From: a virus
IMG/VR virus record: IMGVR_UViG_3300037067_012225
Span: 3,127 to 67,126 of that record
Strand: one strand, 5' to 3'
DNA length: 64,000 nt
Position numbers and translations under genes: made by a program. Below the pieces are notes generated by a model. It did not search any database and was not told the DNA's origin. It saw only the letters and a list, made by a program, of their open reading frames with translations. Below are positions 63,703 to 64,000 of this stretch, one piece after another; the first letter of the stretch is position 1; every line of letters begins with the position of its first letter.

Positions 63703-63988
63703 ATTTGATATCGCCGGTAAGAAAATCAGCAGGTTTAATATTCGCAATCGCCCAGATGATATGTTCTGGATGTGTGTTGGTGATGAAATCGGATTTGATC
63801 TAGCTGAGAATAATGAATATTTCTATGCAACCGTGTCTAGGAAGGTTTATCTCGTCGGAACGGACAAACCACTATATGTCGTCTGTGTGCCAGTGAATTT
63901 CCAGAGTATGGATAAACTGACAGCGACTTTAGAGCAGTTCAAGGTGCAGTTTGGTGACGATATGGCAATCGACGCTAAAGCTGCATAA
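63683..63988 (+). CDS. Hypothetical protein
   Basis: Coupled ORF. Confidence 0.5.
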   Translation: MANIILEFDIAGKKISRFNIRNRPDDMFWMCVGDEIGFDLAENNEYFYATVSRKVYLVGTDKPLYVVCVPVNFQSMDKLTATLEQFKVQFGDDMAIDAKAA

Positions 63989-64000
63989 TCATCTCGTACT

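Overview
This window looks like a 64 kb segment of a large, probably jumbo, tailed bacteriophage genome read in genetic code 11. It has densely packed genes with TAATG/ATGA stop-start overlaps, and I found no ribosomal, rRNA or core metabolic genes. Replication and recombination genes include RecA, DnaB, a gp32-like SSB, UvsY-like, Mre11/gp47-like, a DinG-like helicase, family-4 UDG, a 5'-3' exonuclease, a resolvase, a PolA-like protein and a DnaE encoded in three pieces. There are also many glycosyltransferases, mucin-like and collagen-like probable virion proteins, and an actin-like ATPase. Four observations stand out. (1) Two tandem ~170-nt ncRNAs (1744-2088) each fold into a long stem capped by a circularly permuted tRNA-like domain; they carry hexamer TCA repeats and lie directly behind a non-Ro60 helical protein gene. 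(2) A TnpB cassette without a transposase is flanked by two synonymously recoded copies of a host gene 3' end, and the downstream copy sits where the guide RNA is expected. (3) A split intein in DnaE surrounds a free-standing endonuclease gene. (4) A polypeptide-GalNAc-transferase (GT27)-like gene lies next to Ser/Thr/Pro mucin-like proteins. All family calls come from motif recognition by eye; no database searches were run.
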